Shown in pieces: positions 63,367-64,000 of a stretch of DNA of 64,000 bases (within the stretch, counting starts at the first letter, position 1; each line of letters starts with the position of its first letter). Source of the DNA: an uncultured beta proteobacterium. Its GTDB lineage: Bacteria > Pseudomonadota > Gammaproteobacteria > Burkholderiales > SG8-39. The notes beneath the pieces were generated by a model, which ran no database searches, had not been told where the DNA came from, and saw only the letters and a list, made by a program, of their open reading frames with translations. The stretch covers positions 399-64,398 of the forward strand of contig CAWENY010000015.1 of the NCBI GenBank assembly GCA_963810475.1, in the 5' to 3' direction. The translations under genes and the position numbers were made by a program.

Positions 63367-64000
63367 ATGAAACGCACACCTCTATACGACCAGCATGTCC
63401 GCGATGCGTCCGCGGTGATCAACCTCAAGGGATTCGCGCGCGCCATGCAGTATCGCGGCCACGCGGTGGAGCACAGGGCGACACGCGAGCAGGTCACGCT
63501 GTGCGACGTGTCGCACATGGGCGAGCTCGAGTTCAAGGGCCCGGACGCATTGGCACTGGTGCAGAAGCTGATCACCAACGACGCGGCACGCCTGGCCGTC
63601 AATCAAGCCCTCTATTCGACGATGTGCGACGAGCGCGGCATCCTCCTCGACGACCTGGTCTGCTATCGGCTGGCGGCCGATCGCTTCGTTTGGGTCGTGA
63701 ATGTCACCAAGACCGACGACGACTACCAGTGGGTGCTCAAGCACGCGCGCGGAATGGACGTGCAGGTGACGAAATTTCAAGCGACACTGCACTGCTCGCG
63801 CTGCAGGGACCGCAATCGAGGGAAACCCTGCAGCGCATCGCGCAGGCGGACCTGTCCAGCCTCAGGTACTACTGGCTGACCCAGACCGCGGTCCACACAA
63901 GGCATGCCGAAGTCCCTTGCATCATCAGCCGTACGGGATATACCGGCGAGCTCGGCTACGAAATCATGGTGGCGCGCGATCTCGCGCCGTGGGTTTGGGA
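63367..64000 (+). pseudogene. aminomethyltransferase-family (GcvT-like) protein, one frameshift as read; 3' end outside window
   Basis: MKRTPLYDQH..VTLCDVSHMGELEFKGPDA in frame 1 to ..GMDVQV. The continuation DEISSDTALLALQGPQSRETL..ISRTGYTGELGYEIMV is in another frame, with 1 nt missing near 63766-63768. Confidence 0.8.

Overview
GC-rich chromosomal segment with Betaproteobacteria-like gene order (ileS-lspA-ispH; ilvE/Zn-finger/waaF; coaX-birA; glnE next to yhdP-tldD). I call about 65 protein genes and one tRNA-Thr(CGU). I saw no rRNA, CRISPR array, IS/transposase, integrase or phage genes. Genes are tightly packed and many neighbours share ATGA/GTGA stop-start overlaps.

Main blocks:
- 1-6.1 kb: ileS'-lspA-HD hydrolase-ispH, followed by two tandem TPR+GT9-like proteins.
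- 6.1-15.9 kb, minus strand: a type IV pilus minor-pilin operon (pilE, fimT-like, pilV, pilW, pilX, a 1669-aa pilY1), extended by a TonB_C-domain gene and a Sel1-repeat gene.
- 16.1-18.8 kb: tRNA-Thr, a CheY-like receiver, SPOR, coaX, birA.
- 18.8-29.8 kb: a Dpp/Opp-type peptide ABC importer divergent from an MlrC-like peptidase, then small redox/membrane genes, an amidase, an orphan binding protein and a glutathione peroxidase.
- 29.8-36.2 kb: a heavily frameshifted algC-like gene, a hydrolase, waaF, ilvE, ArsR, DUF3047 and an iron permease.
- 36.1-47.2 kb: glnE, yhdP-like, tldD, a CoA-transferase pair and unknowns.
- 47.3-64 kb: the most interesting part. It holds soxCD-type sulfite dehydrogenase, a three-component Rieske oxygenase, a duplicated NitT/TauT-type ABC importer, a TauE/SafE exporter, folate-linked C1 enzymes and a two-component pair. 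Three paralogous, atypical cNMP-binding-like domains are spread through it, one fused to the Rieske ferredoxin, one fused to an ABC permease and one free-standing.

Major caveat: I count about 15 apparent single-nucleotide frameshifts. Several sit at homopolymer runs and they cluster at 26.2-26.6 kb and 29.75-30.5 kb. Pseudogene calls may therefore reflect assembly errors. All product calls rest on motif recognition by eye, not database searches.
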